64,000 nt of DNA from an uncultured Opitutales bacterium (lineage in GTDB: Bacteria > Verrucomicrobiota > Verrucomicrobiia > Opitutales > Intestinicryptomonadaceae), in the NCBI GenBank assembly GCA_944389175.1, contig CALXLK010000005.1:10848-74847 (forward strand), in the 5' to 3' direction. Numbering within the stretch: the stretch's first letter is position 1; each line of letters begins with the position of its first letter. Positions 51,330 to 60,228 of the stretch are shown here, piece by piece. Both the position numbers and the translations under genes were made by a program. Under the pieces are notes generated by a model, which was not told the DNA's origin, did not search any database, and saw only the letters and a program-made list of their open reading frames with translations.

Positions 51330-51576
51330 GCTAAAACTGTTTCTCTTTGCAGTCGGCGCCGCCGTGGCGTGCGCGGTGGCGCTCGTTTACTACGAAGGGG
51401 CCTCGAGGAATATGACGCCGTGGCAGCGCGAACAAAAGATAGACTTTCAAAAGCAGACCGGCTCCACAAAGTTTGAAGCCCTTATAGAGTCGATGATAGC
51501 CGGCGGGCTGGCCTTCTGCCTGACCGCAATCGGCGCAACGGCAGCGTACAAAATTTACTTGAAAGGCAAAAGATGA
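51310..51576 (+). CDS. small two-TM membrane protein (88 aa), hypothetical
   Basis: Two hydrophobic helices. Overlaps the upstream gene by 20 nt and mnmE by 4 nt, which suggests translational coupling. Confidence 0.45.
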   Translation: MKRVPIRLKLFLFAVGAAVACAVALVYYEGASRNMTPWQREQKIDFQKQTGSTKFEALIESMIAGGLAFCLTAIGATAAYKIYLKGKR

Positions 51577-52919
51577 GCACAACAATCGTCGCCCCTGCGA
51601 CACCCACGGGCGAATCGGCCATAGCGGTAGTCAGGCTTAGCGGCCCCGAATGCGGGCGCTTTGCCAAAGAGGTATTCGGCAAACTGCCCGAACCCAGGAA
51701 ATCGGTCTTTGCGCATTACCGGGATGTGGACGGCAACACCATAGACGAATGCACGTTTGTTTTTTTTAAAGGCCCCGCCTCGTACACCGGGGAGGATTCT
51801 CTTGAAATATCCACCCACGGCAATCCATTCATAGTAAAAGCCGTCTTGGACGACCTCTGCCGCCGCGGCGCCGTCCTGGCCGACCACGGCGAATTTACGC
51901 GAAGGGCCTTCTTGAACAACAAGATGGATTTAAGCCAGGCCGAGGCCGTTTCCCTCGCCATAGGCGCGCGTTCAAACAAGGCTCTAAAAGCAGCCCAAAA
52001 ACAGCTATCGGGAGAGCTCGGCAGGCGCATAAACGAAATGTCGGCGCGCCTGCTCGATGCGCTCGCCCTCGCCGAGGCCTACATAGATTTTCCCGAGGAG
52101 GAGCTTCCCGAGGAGGACATCGGCCTGTTTGAAAACAGCCTTTACCAAACGCTCGGGCAAATACAAAGCCTGGTCGAAACGGCAAAGATCACCCCGCTTG
52201 TGCACGGCGGAATCGACATTGTCATAGCGGGGGCCCCCAATGCGGGAAAATCCTCGCTTTTAAACGCACTTTTAGGCGACGAGCGCGCGATAGTAAGCGA
52301 CATAGCGGGCACCACGCGCGATTTCATCCGCGAACGCACCGCCTTTGGCGACTACGCCGTCAATCTGACCGACACCGCAGGCCTGCGCCGCGGCGCGGAC
52401 GCCCTTGAAAGCGAGGGCATCAGGCGCGCCATGGAAAAGATTTCCGGGGCAGACATATGCCTGATGGTCGTCGATGCGGCCGCGCCCTCCGCCGAAGCTC
52501 TCGAGGGCGCCTACAAGCTTTCCCCAAATAACTCGATAATTGTCCTAAACAAGTGCGACGCAGCCGGACAAACTTCGGATATTGAAGAAAAATTCCAGGG
52601 GTTTTGCCTGTGCAAGGTTTCGTGCCTCAAACGCGAAGGAATAGACGAATTAAAGAGCGCGGTTATAGAGCTGATAAAGAAATTCCACATCACCGCCTCG
52701 GCCGACGATATTTTGGTATCGGCGCGCCACGCGTCCGCCCTATCGAAAGCGGCCGAATTTATCAACCAGGCGCTCGAAAACTCCAAAATGCGCGCTCCGG
52801 CGGAAATTACCGCAAGCGACCTGCGGAGCGCCCTCGAGAGCCTCGGCGAAATAGTCGGCAAAGTCGACAACGAGGAGGTCTTGGACAGGATCTTCTCAAA
52901 GTTTTGCATAGGCAAATAA
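51573..52919 (+). CDS. mnmE: tRNA uridine-5-carboxymethylaminomethyl modification GTPase
   Basis: N-terminus IVAPATPTGESAIAVVRLSG, G1 GAPNAGKSSL, DTAGLR, NKCD and the C-terminal CIGK tetrapeptide. Confidence 0.95.
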   Translation: MSTTIVAPATPTGESAIAVVRLSGPECGRFAKEVFGKLPEPRKSVFAHYRDVDGNTIDECTFVFFKGPASYTGEDSLEISTHGNPFIVKAVLDDLCRRGAVLADHGEFTRRAFLNNKMDLSQAEAVSLAIGARSNKALKAAQKQLSGELGRRINEMSARLLDALALAEAYIDFPEEELPEEDIGLFENSLYQTLGQIQSLVETAKITPLVHGGIDIVIAGAPNAGKSSLLNALLGDERAIVSDIAGTTRDFIRERTAFGDYAVNLTDTAGLRRGADALESEGIRRAMEKISGADICLMVVDAAAPSAEALEGAYKLSPNNSIIVLNKCDAAGQTSDIEEKFQGFCLCKVSCLKREGIDELKSAVIELIKKFHITASADDILVSARHASALSKAAEFINQALENSKMRAPAEITASDLRSALESLGEIVGKVDNEEVLDRIFSKFCIGK

Positions 52920-52988
52920 TTGGCCAATCCCTGCAAAAGGCAACGCCCGCCGCCAGAAACTCTCCCCGCCGCATTTTCGTACTTTTTT

Positions 52989-53150
52989 GCGTGTCTTGTG
53001 CGTTAAAAATAGGGGAAAAGGAGGAAGGGAAAGGAGTGTGCCCATATCGGAAGTGAAAAAAAAGCGCGTGGAGGGAGGGGGAATAGCATGTCTAAGAGGA
53101 AATAGAAAACTCCTTGCCACCATGCATTGCGCGGGCTTGAAATTTTAAAG
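52989..53150. repeat. purine-rich intergenic repeat family, copy C
   Basis: GCGTGTCTTGTGCG, then the purine tract AAAAATAGGGGAAAAGGAGGAAGGGAAAGGAG...GGAGGGAGGGGG, then CCTTGCCACCATGCATTGCGCGGGCTTGAAATTTTAAAG. Collinear with copies B and D. Confidence 0.55.
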
Positions 53151-53394
53151 CTATTTGGCGCTTATGCCCCCGCAAGATTTTCCACTGTGCGCCAAGCCAA
53201 ACCCCGCTCAACAAAAGAGATCCTCCCGCCGACATATCGCCCCGCGCCAATAAAAGCCTCTTTTTGCTTTTTTTTGCATTTATATTTGCAATAGATAGGC
53301 TCGCCACATGCCCAAGACAAAATAGCAAAAAAAGCAAGAAATACGTTCGTGGGGCGCAGTTATTAGGGGGGAGTCCGAACCGGGCGGCGGAATA

Positions 53395-54366
53395 TCAATT
53401 AGCCTTCTGCGCCCTCTTAAGGCCCGTGGGAATGTCGACGTAAACGGGGCGGTGGTCGCTCGCCTCGGGCGGGCACGCCAGAACAACCGCGCGCGGCAAC
53501 GTCTTAAAATTGGCCGCGACAAAGAAATCGTATTGGTAAAAAATATTCTTTTTTGCCCAGTAGTGCGTATAGTTTAGGCCGAAGGAGTCGGACTGCGGCA
53601 CTACCTGATAGCCTTTAAGGTTTCGCATGATAGACTTTGTGGGCTCGGCGTTGAAATCGCCTGCTATTAGCGTTTTCTCGGAGCCTGCCACGGATTTTAT
53701 CCTCGCCGAAATGGCCCTGAGTTCGGCATGGCGAAACGGCGCGAACTGCTCGTCGCGCTTTCTCGCGCCCACCTTGCTTTTTAGATGTACTGCAAAGACG
53801 TACATTTGAAGGTCGGCAACGCTTACTTTCACGCCGATAGTTCCCCGCGGCGATACGACATTTCCGCCGTCAAAGGCAAATTTCGTGTACGAGAAATCAA
53901 AGACCCTATCCGGGGGAATCTTTGACAAGATGGCAAGCCTTGAGGGCGCATCGCGTTTTGCGACAATGCCGAAGGCGTACTTTAGGCCGAGCTTTTCGAG
54001 TCGGCTGCGCAGATCCTCGAGGAACGTCTCATCGCCCATTTCTTCTATTAGCACTATGTCGGCGTCGATGTTTTTTAAGACTTGGCAGACTTCCCGCCGC
54101 TCGTTTTCGGGTTTCGGGTACGATTGCCATAGTTTATTGACTCTTCGGTTGGAAACATTGTAGTTTCGCACATTCCAAGTGCACACCCGCACCGAGTCGG
54201 ACGGCGTATATGCGGGGTATTGCCGAGCCGTAAAATACTTTTCCAGCTCGCCCGAGTTTTCGGGCGAAAACAGCAAATAAAAGACGTAGGCTATCAGCGA
54301 TATCAGAAGCGCATAGAAGCGCTTTTTCGGGAAAACCCCGGCGTGCCTTCTGGCTCTGCGCGGCAT
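53395..54366 (-). CDS. membrane-anchored endonuclease/exonuclease/phosphatase (EEP) family protein
   Basis: N-terminal TM, then VCTWNVRNY, DIVLIEEMG, LIAGDFN and the C-terminal SDHRPVYVDI, which are typical EEP motifs. Confidence 0.75.
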   Translation of the reverse strand: MPRRARRHAGVFPKKRFYALLISLIAYVFYLLFSPENSGELEKYFTARQYPAYTPSDSVRVCTWNVRNYNVSNRRVNKLWQSYPKPENERREVCQVLKNIDADIVLIEEMGDETFLEDLRSRLEKLGLKYAFGIVAKRDAPSRLAILSKIPPDRVFDFSYTKFAFDGGNVVSPRGTIGVKVSVADLQMYVFAVHLKSKVGARKRDEQFAPFRHAELRAISARIKSVAGSEKTLIAGDFNAEPTKSIMRNLKGYQVVPQSDSFGLNYTHYWAKKNIFYQYDFFVAANFKTLPRAVVLACPPEASDHRPVYVDIPTGLKRAQKAN

Positions 54367-54369
54367 AGA

Positions 54370-54987
54370 TTAGGGCTGGTAGGGGGATTTTTCGCGGTTT
54401 CCCGAGGCGACTTTTTCAGCGTATTTTGCCAGAATGTCGTATTCTACGTTGACATACTTGCCGACAGCGCACTCGCAAAGATTTGTCACCTCGAGCGTGT
54501 GGGGAATAAGCCAGACTCCCACATAATCGTCGATTGCATCTGCTATCGTGAGGGAAATGCCGTCGATTGCGATGCTGCCTTTGTACACGCAATACTTCCT
54601 AAACTCGCTCCCCACTGCTATGCGCAGATAAACATTCTTGCCCTTTTGGCTAAATTCCAACACGCGCGAGCGCTCGTCGATGTGCCCCGTGACAAAATGC
54701 CCGCCCAGGCGCGCGCCCGCGGCAAGGGGGCGCTCCAAATTGACCAAGGCCCCATTTGAAATTCCCTCGAAATCGGTCAGGCGGATAGTCTCCTCCAAAA
54801 GTTCGAAAGAGAGCGTGTTTAAGTCCTTGCCGACAACCGTCAGGCAGCAGCCGTTGCAAGCCAAAGAATCGCCCTGCTTAAGCGAATCCGCTATAAATTG
54901 CCCGACCGACAGTTTCAACAACCAAGCGGCTTTTTTTTCCTCGAACGAGACAACCTTCCCCGTCGCCTCAACTATGCCAGTAAACAT
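54370..54987 (-). CDS. ribE: riboflavin synthase
   Basis: MFTGIVE start and two lumazine-binding repeats (GDSLACNGCCLTV, GSIAIDGISLTI). Confidence 0.93.
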   Translation of the reverse strand: MFTGIVEATGKVVSFEEKKAAWLLKLSVGQFIADSLKQGDSLACNGCCLTVVGKDLNTLSFELLEETIRLTDFEGISNGALVNLERPLAAGARLGGHFVTGHIDERSRVLEFSQKGKNVYLRIAVGSEFRKYCVYKGSIAIDGISLTIADAIDDYVGVWLIPHTLEVTNLCECAVGKYVNVEYDILAKYAEKVASGNREKSPYQP

Positions 54988-55018
54988 GTAATACCTTATA
55001 TCTTAGCGTTTAATTTTG

Positions 55019-55047
55019 TTGACTGGGTTCTCTAGAGAATATACAAT
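55019..55047 (+). promoter_or_regulatory. candidate sigma70-type promoter of the 55-kb FAD oxidoreductase gene
   Basis: TTGACT (55019-55024), 17-nt spacer, TACAAT (55042-55047). This implies the real start is ATG 55075, not track start 55051. Confidence 0.5.
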
Positions 55048-55074
55048 TTCTTGTCAACATTATTGAAGGACGGC

Positions 55075-57009
55075 ATGCAAAGGAGGAAATTTCTAACATC
55101 TATTTCGGGCGCAATGGCGGGGTACGGTCTGTTTGTATCGGCTCCGCAAACAATTGGGGCGGCCGAAATAAAATACAAACGCGGAGGCGCAAAAGCTTCA
55201 AAGGCCGCAGGGGGCTCGTACGAGGAGGATCCGCTAATGGATAAGACCGAGCTCGAATGCGATCTTTTCATATGCGGGGGCGGCCTTGCCGGGGTATGCG
55301 CTGCGATAGCGGCAGCCAGGGGCGGCGCGAAAGTCGTCTTGATGCAGGATCGCTCGAGGCTCGGTGGAAACGCAAGTTCTGAAATCAAAATGCATCCCCT
55401 GGGCGTAAACTCAAAGGCTGTCGGCTGGAGAGAGGGCGGAATTCTCGAAGAATTGGAAATAGAAAACGCCCTGCGCAACCCGACCTTTTCGTGGGAGATT
55501 TGGGATTTGCTACTCTACGACAAATGCATTTGCCAGCCAAACATAAGGCTTTTTCTGGATACCGACGTATACAAAGCCGAAGTAAAAGACGGCAATATAA
55601 CATGCGCATGGGCGCGCTCCGACTCCACCAGAAACGTATACAAAGTAAAGGCGAAAATTTACGCCGATTGCTCCGGAGACAGCCGCATGGGGCTGTCGGC
55701 GGGAGCCAACTACTTTAGCGGGCGGGAGGGCTCAAAACTCTACGGAGAGTCGCTTGCCGACTTCGACCCGATAGGAACCAGGCAGGGATCCTCGCTCATG
55801 TTCACCTCTAAGATGTGCGATTTTCCCGTCCCCTTCAAAGCCCCCTCATGGGCAAAAAAAATAACGCCCGAGATGCTGAAATACCGCAGGGTTGGAGATA
55901 TTTTTTACGGAATGTGGTGGATAGAGCTCGGAGGCGTCTACGACGCGATAAAAGACAACGAGCAGCTTCGCTTTGAGCTTTTGTCGATAGCGCTTGGAGT
56001 TTGGGACCACGTAAAAAACAGCGGGCAGTACAAGGGTGTTGAGAACGTCGCCCTCGATACGATAGGCATGCTGCCGGGGCGGCGCGAAACTTACCGCCTC
56101 GAGGGTAACTACGTATTGAAACAGCAGGATATAGAGGGATTGTGGAGGCGCTTTCCCGACGCCGTAAGCGTAGGCGGCTGGACTATGGACGACCACCCCG
56201 CGGAGGGCTTTTACGCCTTCGACAGGAAACCCTGCAGGCAGGCAAAAATACCCGGGCCCTACAATATTCCCTACAGGTGCATATGCTCTAAAAACATCGG
56301 CAATCTAATGATGGCGGGCAGGAACATATCGTGTTCGCACGTGGCGTTTACATCGACGAGGGTCATGGGCACGTGCGCATCTTTGGGCCAGGCTCTTGGC
56401 ACGGCGGCTGCAATATGCCTAAGCGCGGGAGTTTCGCCGAAACAGCTCGGCGAAAATCAAAAGCTTGTAAATAGGCTCCAGCAGAATCTCCTTCGCGACG
56501 GGTTGGCCATACTCAACGTTAAAAACAACGATGAAAACGACGTTGCCCGATTTGCAGAAATAACTGCCTCTGAGTCCATAGGCGGTTCGGCCGCCGAAAA
56601 CGTGGTATCGGGAGTCGTCCTCGACAAGCCGGGCGAAAACAAAAACAGGTGGGTCGCCTCGGCGGCGAATAAGCCGTATTTGAACTTTGAATTTAAGCAG
56701 CCCCAAAGAATAAAAAACATACATGTGGTCTTCGACGCCGGCTGCTATGTCCTGACGCAGACCGGACAGCGCAACTTGCTCAGAAACATTCCCCGCGGCA
56801 GGCAGCCCGACATCGTCAAGTCGTTTAATGCGACGGCCGAACTTGCCGACGGATCGAAAAAAACGCTCGTGCGCGAAACGGACAACGCCGCAAAAATAGT
56901 CGACTACAAAATTCCGGGAGACCTGTACAAGTCAATACGTTTCGATTTTTTGCAAACCAACGGTTCTGAGTCGGTTATAGTCAAGGAAATCAGGCTTGAG
57001 ATAGCTTGA
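55075..57009 (+). CDS. Tat-exported FAD-dependent oxidoreductase with C-terminal beta-sandwich-like domain
   Basis: Twin-arginine signal MQRRKFLTSISGAMAGYGLFVSAPQTIGA. Rossmann motif LFICGGGLAGVCAAIAAARGGAKVVLMQDRSRLGGN. Full-length paralog of 17016-18944. Confidence 0.85.
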   Translation: MQRRKFLTSISGAMAGYGLFVSAPQTIGAAEIKYKRGGAKASKAAGGSYEEDPLMDKTELECDLFICGGGLAGVCAAIAAARGGAKVVLMQDRSRLGGNASSEIKMHPLGVNSKAVGWREGGILEELEIENALRNPTFSWEIWDLLLYDKCICQPNIRLFLDTDVYKAEVKDGNITCAWARSDSTRNVYKVKAKIYADCSGDSRMGLSAGANYFSGREGSKLYGESLADFDPIGTRQGSSLMFTSKMCDFPVPFKAPSWAKKITPEMLKYRRVGDIFYGMWWIELGGVYDAIKDNEQLRFELLSIALGVWDHVKNSGQYKGVENVALDTIGMLPGRRETYRLEGNYVLKQQDIEGLWRRFPDAVSVGGWTMDDHPAEGFYAFDRKPCRQAKIPGPYNIPYRCICSKNIGNLMMAGRNISCSHVAFTSTRVMGTCASLGQALGTAAAICLSAGVSPKQLGENQKLVNRLQQNLLRDGLAILNVKNNDENDVARFAEITASESIGGSAAENVVSGVVLDKPGENKNRWVASAANKPYLNFEFKQPQRIKNIHVVFDAGCYVLTQTGQRNLLRNIPRGRQPDIVKSFNATAELADGSKKTLVRETDNAAKIVDYKIPGDLYKSIRFDFLQTNGSESVIVKEIRLEIA

Positions 57010-57041
57010 GAAATTTGAGGCCAGAAAATCCAACACAATTG

Positions 57042-57070
57042 TTGACATGCAAAAAAGCATGTGTTCTAAT
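57042..57070 (+). promoter_or_regulatory. candidate promoter with embedded palindrome upstream of the U32-like gene
   Basis: TTGACA (57042-57047), 17-nt spacer, TCTAAT (57065-57070). The spacer holds the perfect inverted repeat ACATGC-A6-GCATGT (57045-57062). The GCATGT half-site recurs at 57081-57086. Confidence 0.5.
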
Positions 57071-57096
57071 CCACAAAAGCGCATGTCTGGGCATAG

Positions 57097-58095
57097 ATGA
57101 AATTCACCGTAGGATACCAAGCAAACGACGACTTGAAAGAGGCCGTTATCGAGAACCGGGGGAAAATTACAGAAATATACTTCCCCTGGGGCGGCTTTAC
57201 GAGCGGGCGCGGAGTGGTAGTTGATAAATTTGAGCAACGCAAAATGGAGGAGGATCTCGACGAGTACGTCGCCGAAGGCCTCGGGGCGAATTTGCTGCTA
57301 AACGGCAACTGCTACGGGCGCCATGCGCAATCGAGGGCGTTTTTCAACAGCATTGGCGACACTGTAGAAGAGCTCGTCGGGCGCTACAAGCTCGGCTCTG
57401 TGACGACGACTTCGCCGCTGATAGCCAAATTTTTGAAGGTTAATTTTCCCTCGATAGAGGTTCGCGCCTCGATAAACATGGAGATAGGCGCCATAGACGG
57501 CTTTGAGTACATAGCCGAATGGTTTGACAGCTATTATCTCAGGCGCGAGTACAACTATTATCTTTCAAAGCTCAAGGCCGCGAAAAAGTGGTGCGAAGAG
57601 AACGGCAAAAAACTCTATCTGCTTGCAAACAGCGGCTGTATGAATTTCTGCTCGGCGCACAATTTCCACGACAACCTTGTGGCGCACCAGCACGAGATAG
57701 CCGAAATGGACAACGCCTACGATTTTCGCGGTATATGCCACGGATTTTTCTCGAAGCAGCAGAACAAGAAGTCGATGTTGCGCCACTCGAATTTTATACG
57801 GCCCGAGGATGTGGACCTGTACGAAGGTCTGTGCGAGGGCATGAAGCTTGCGACGCGCACGAACCGGTCGCCCGGCGATGTACTCAGGGCGTACTGCCGG
57901 GGGCATTACAGCGCGAACATACTCGATCTTACCGAGCCGAGTTTTGCCGGGCATCTGTACCCGTCGGTGATAGAGAACGGCAAGATAAGCCCAGAGTACG
58001 CCAGGCACAGGCTCTCATGCGATAAAGATTGCCGCAGATGCTCGTTCTGCGAGGACGTCCAGGAGAAAGCGACGGTGAATCTCGAGCAGACCTGA
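57097..58095 (+). CDS. peptidase-U32-like TIM-barrel Fe-S protein (UbiU/UbiV/TrhP/RlhA-family-like; tentative)
   Basis: LKEAVIENRGKITEIYFPWGG resembles the U32 N-terminus (..LKAAIENGADAVY.G). LYLLANSGCMNFCSAHNFH resembles the U32 Cys-containing signature region. There is an additional C-terminal CX3CX2CX2C (CDKDCRRCSFC). Confidence 0.5.
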   Translation: MKFTVGYQANDDLKEAVIENRGKITEIYFPWGGFTSGRGVVVDKFEQRKMEEDLDEYVAEGLGANLLLNGNCYGRHAQSRAFFNSIGDTVEELVGRYKLGSVTTTSPLIAKFLKVNFPSIEVRASINMEIGAIDGFEYIAEWFDSYYLRREYNYYLSKLKAAKKWCEENGKKLYLLANSGCMNFCSAHNFHDNLVAHQHEIAEMDNAYDFRGICHGFFSKQQNKKSMLRHSNFIRPEDVDLYEGLCEGMKLATRTNRSPGDVLRAYCRGHYSANILDLTEPSFAGHLYPSVIENGKISPEYARHRLSCDKDCRRCSFCEDVQEKATVNLEQT

Positions 58096-58228
58096 CGCTC
58101 ATTTCCCCCGCAAAACAGTGGACAAAACGCGGGAGGGTCGAAAATAAAAATTTCAAAAACCAAGCTGACTTATCGGTCGTGTTGGCGGAGAAAGAAACAA
58201 CCCAACTTGTATATAGGAGGACAGATAA

Positions 58229-59311
58229 ATGTTAACAAGCCAAATGGTAAAGAAGGCAGCTCTTGCAGCGGGCGCCGACGCGTGCGGCATAAGCGATATG
58301 AATCGATTTGAGACCGCGCCGAAGGAACTCGATCCCAGGGAGCTGTTTCCTGAAGCCAAATCAGTAATAGGTATGCTCTTCCGCATTCCGAGAGGATTGC
58401 AGAGGGGCATTGAGGAGGGTACGCAGTTTTACCAGTATCCCTCCATGGCGTACGGCGGCATAAACGAAATATCGGCGCCGGCCGTGCTTTATAAAGTGGG
58501 CAAGCTCATAGAGGACCACGGCTACGAGGCGTTTGCCTACCGCAATACCGGCGCGCGCGGCTGCGTATCCGACATGGACGGCAAGCCCGGCAAGACGGTA
58601 TCGCCGGAAGAGCACGCTGAGATAACAGAGCTCATAAACAGCGGCGCTCCGCTGTGGAAGCACGACTACAACCGTTCCGCGATGGCGCGTCCGGCGCGTC
58701 CGGGGCAGGTTCCGCCAGACTTGCTCATACACTTCCGCCTTGTCGGCGTGGCGTGCGGTCTCGGCGAAATAGGGTGGTCGAAGATGTTCCTAAGCCCCCA
58801 GTTTGGCTCGAGGCAGCGCCTGGCGTTCATATTCACCGACGCCGAGCTTGAGCCGGATCCGCTGTACTCGGGGAAGCCCCTGTGCCGCCGTTGCTATGCG
58901 TGCGTGAGGGAATGTCCGGGACACTGCATAAGCCAGACGGAAAGCATAAAGGTTACAGTAGGCGGCAAAGTTTGCGAATGGGGCAAGCTCGACGAATGGA
59001 AGTGCTACGCCTTCTATACGCACGGCGGCCCGAAGTACAACCCGTTTGTCCCGAAGGAAGTCTGGGACAACGACCCCAACGGCGACCTCGATTTGCTCAA
59101 GGGCAAGAAAGCCGCCAATGTCGAGGAATGCTTAAAGGCCTATGGAAATCTGGAAAAGTATTTCCCGTCGTGGGTGGGCTACAACATGGCAAAATGCGGC
59201 GGCTGCCTGCGCGGCTGCGAAAGCATGCTGGAAAAGAAGGGCGGCACGCTCTACGGCAAGTTTGAACATCCGCTGCGCCACAGAGCAAAACCCTGGGCAA
59301 TGGATAGATAG
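58229..59311 (+). CDS. QueG/reductive-dehalogenase-superfamily-like Fe-S protein, paralog 1 (360 aa)
   Basis: QueG-like N-terminus MVKKAALAAGADACGISD. Core ACGLGEIGWSKMFLSPQFGSRQRLAFIFTDAELEPDP, then LCRRCYACVRECPGHCIS (CxxCxxCxxxCP). Distal Cys: WKCYAFY and CGGCLRGC. AGGAGG RBS. Confidence 0.75.
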   Translation: MLTSQMVKKAALAAGADACGISDMNRFETAPKELDPRELFPEAKSVIGMLFRIPRGLQRGIEEGTQFYQYPSMAYGGINEISAPAVLYKVGKLIEDHGYEAFAYRNTGARGCVSDMDGKPGKTVSPEEHAEITELINSGAPLWKHDYNRSAMARPARPGQVPPDLLIHFRLVGVACGLGEIGWSKMFLSPQFGSRQRLAFIFTDAELEPDPLYSGKPLCRRCYACVRECPGHCISQTESIKVTVGGKVCEWGKLDEWKCYAFYTHGGPKYNPFVPKEVWDNDPNGDLDLLKGKKAANVEECLKAYGNLEKYFPSWVGYNMAKCGGCLRGCESMLEKKGGTLYGKFEHPLRHRAKPWAMDR

Positions 59312-59319
59312 GAGGCACC

Positions 59320-60228
59320 ATGATAAACGCACAAATCATAAAGCAAAAAGCTATTGAGTTCGGTGCCGTAGCCTGCGGTATCGGAGATATAAAATATTTT
59401 GAAGGCACAAATCCGCAGAGGGATCCCAAATCGATACTTCCGTGGGCCAAGTGTGTAATCGGCTTTGCATTCCGCGTCCCCAAGGCGCTCTACCGCGTTA
59501 TGGACGAAGGCAAGCAGTTCTTCAACTACACGCAGCTGGGCACGAAATTCATAGACGAGGAAATGTCGGAAGTATTCCTGTTGAGGATGAGCTCGCTCAT
59601 TGAAGACGAGGGGTACGACGCCTGTCTGCAAAGAAACGTCTCCAACTTGAGAATCAAGGGCGACAAGACGACGAACCCGGAACTTGGCGACACCTACGAG
59701 CTCATACACGTGCAGCCGGTTGAGCCCGGCAAGCCCGCGCCGGAAATCATAATGGACTTCAACCAGGCCGCGCAAATTTGCGGTTTGGGCGCGGCTGGAA
59801 AGAACGGCCATGTAATTATGCCCAAGTTTGGCCCGTACGTCCGTTTCGTATTCATCGTCACCGACGCTCCGCTCGAATGCGACGAGCCCTTCAAGGGCAA
59901 TCTCTGCGACGGTTGCGACGAGTGCGTCAAGGCCTGCCCCGGGCACGCCATAGCCGAGGACGGCACTATAAACACATGGCAGTGCGCCGTGTATTACCGC
60001 GGCGCTCACAAGTCTAATCCGTTCATGACCGACGACTTCCTCAAGGGCGATCCCGAGAGGGAGGCAATCATCAACGGCGACAAGGTTTTCGACAGAGAAT
60101 CGGCTCGCCAGATATACAAGAAGATAGACTTTCTGCCCTGCCATCCGACCGGATACTCGCCGTGTCTGTGCGGCAAGAAGTGCGATACAGTCTGCTATAA
60201 ACACCTAAAGGAAAAGAACGTTTTATGA
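59320..60228 (+). CDS. QueG/reductive-dehalogenase-superfamily-like Fe-S protein, paralog 2 (302 aa)
   Basis: IIKQKAIEFGAVACGIGD, ICGLGAAGKNGHVIMPKFGPYVRFVFIVTDAPLECDEP, LCDGCDECVKACPGHAIAEDGTINTWQCAVYY, and the distal cluster CLCGKKCDTVCY. AGGAGG RBS. Confidence 0.78.
   Translation: MINAQIIKQKAIEFGAVACGIGDIKYFEGTNPQRDPKSILPWAKCVIGFAFRVPKALYRVMDEGKQFFNYTQLGTKFIDEEMSEVFLLRMSSLIEDEGYDACLQRNVSNLRIKGDKTTNPELGDTYELIHVQPVEPGKPAPEIIMDFNQAAQICGLGAAGKNGHVIMPKFGPYVRFVFIVTDAPLECDEPFKGNLCDGCDECVKACPGHAIAEDGTINTWQCAVYYRGAHKSNPFMTDDFLKGDPEREAIINGDKVFDRESARQIYKKIDFLPCHPTGYSPCLCGKKCDTVCYKHLKEKNVL

Noticed and set aside
53366-53388. GGGGGGAGTCCGAACCGGGCGG, which resembles RNase P CR-I (GAGGAAAGUCCGGGC)
   Set aside because: It is an isolated partial match next to a stop codon, with none of the other RNase P conserved regions nearby. 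Most likely chance.
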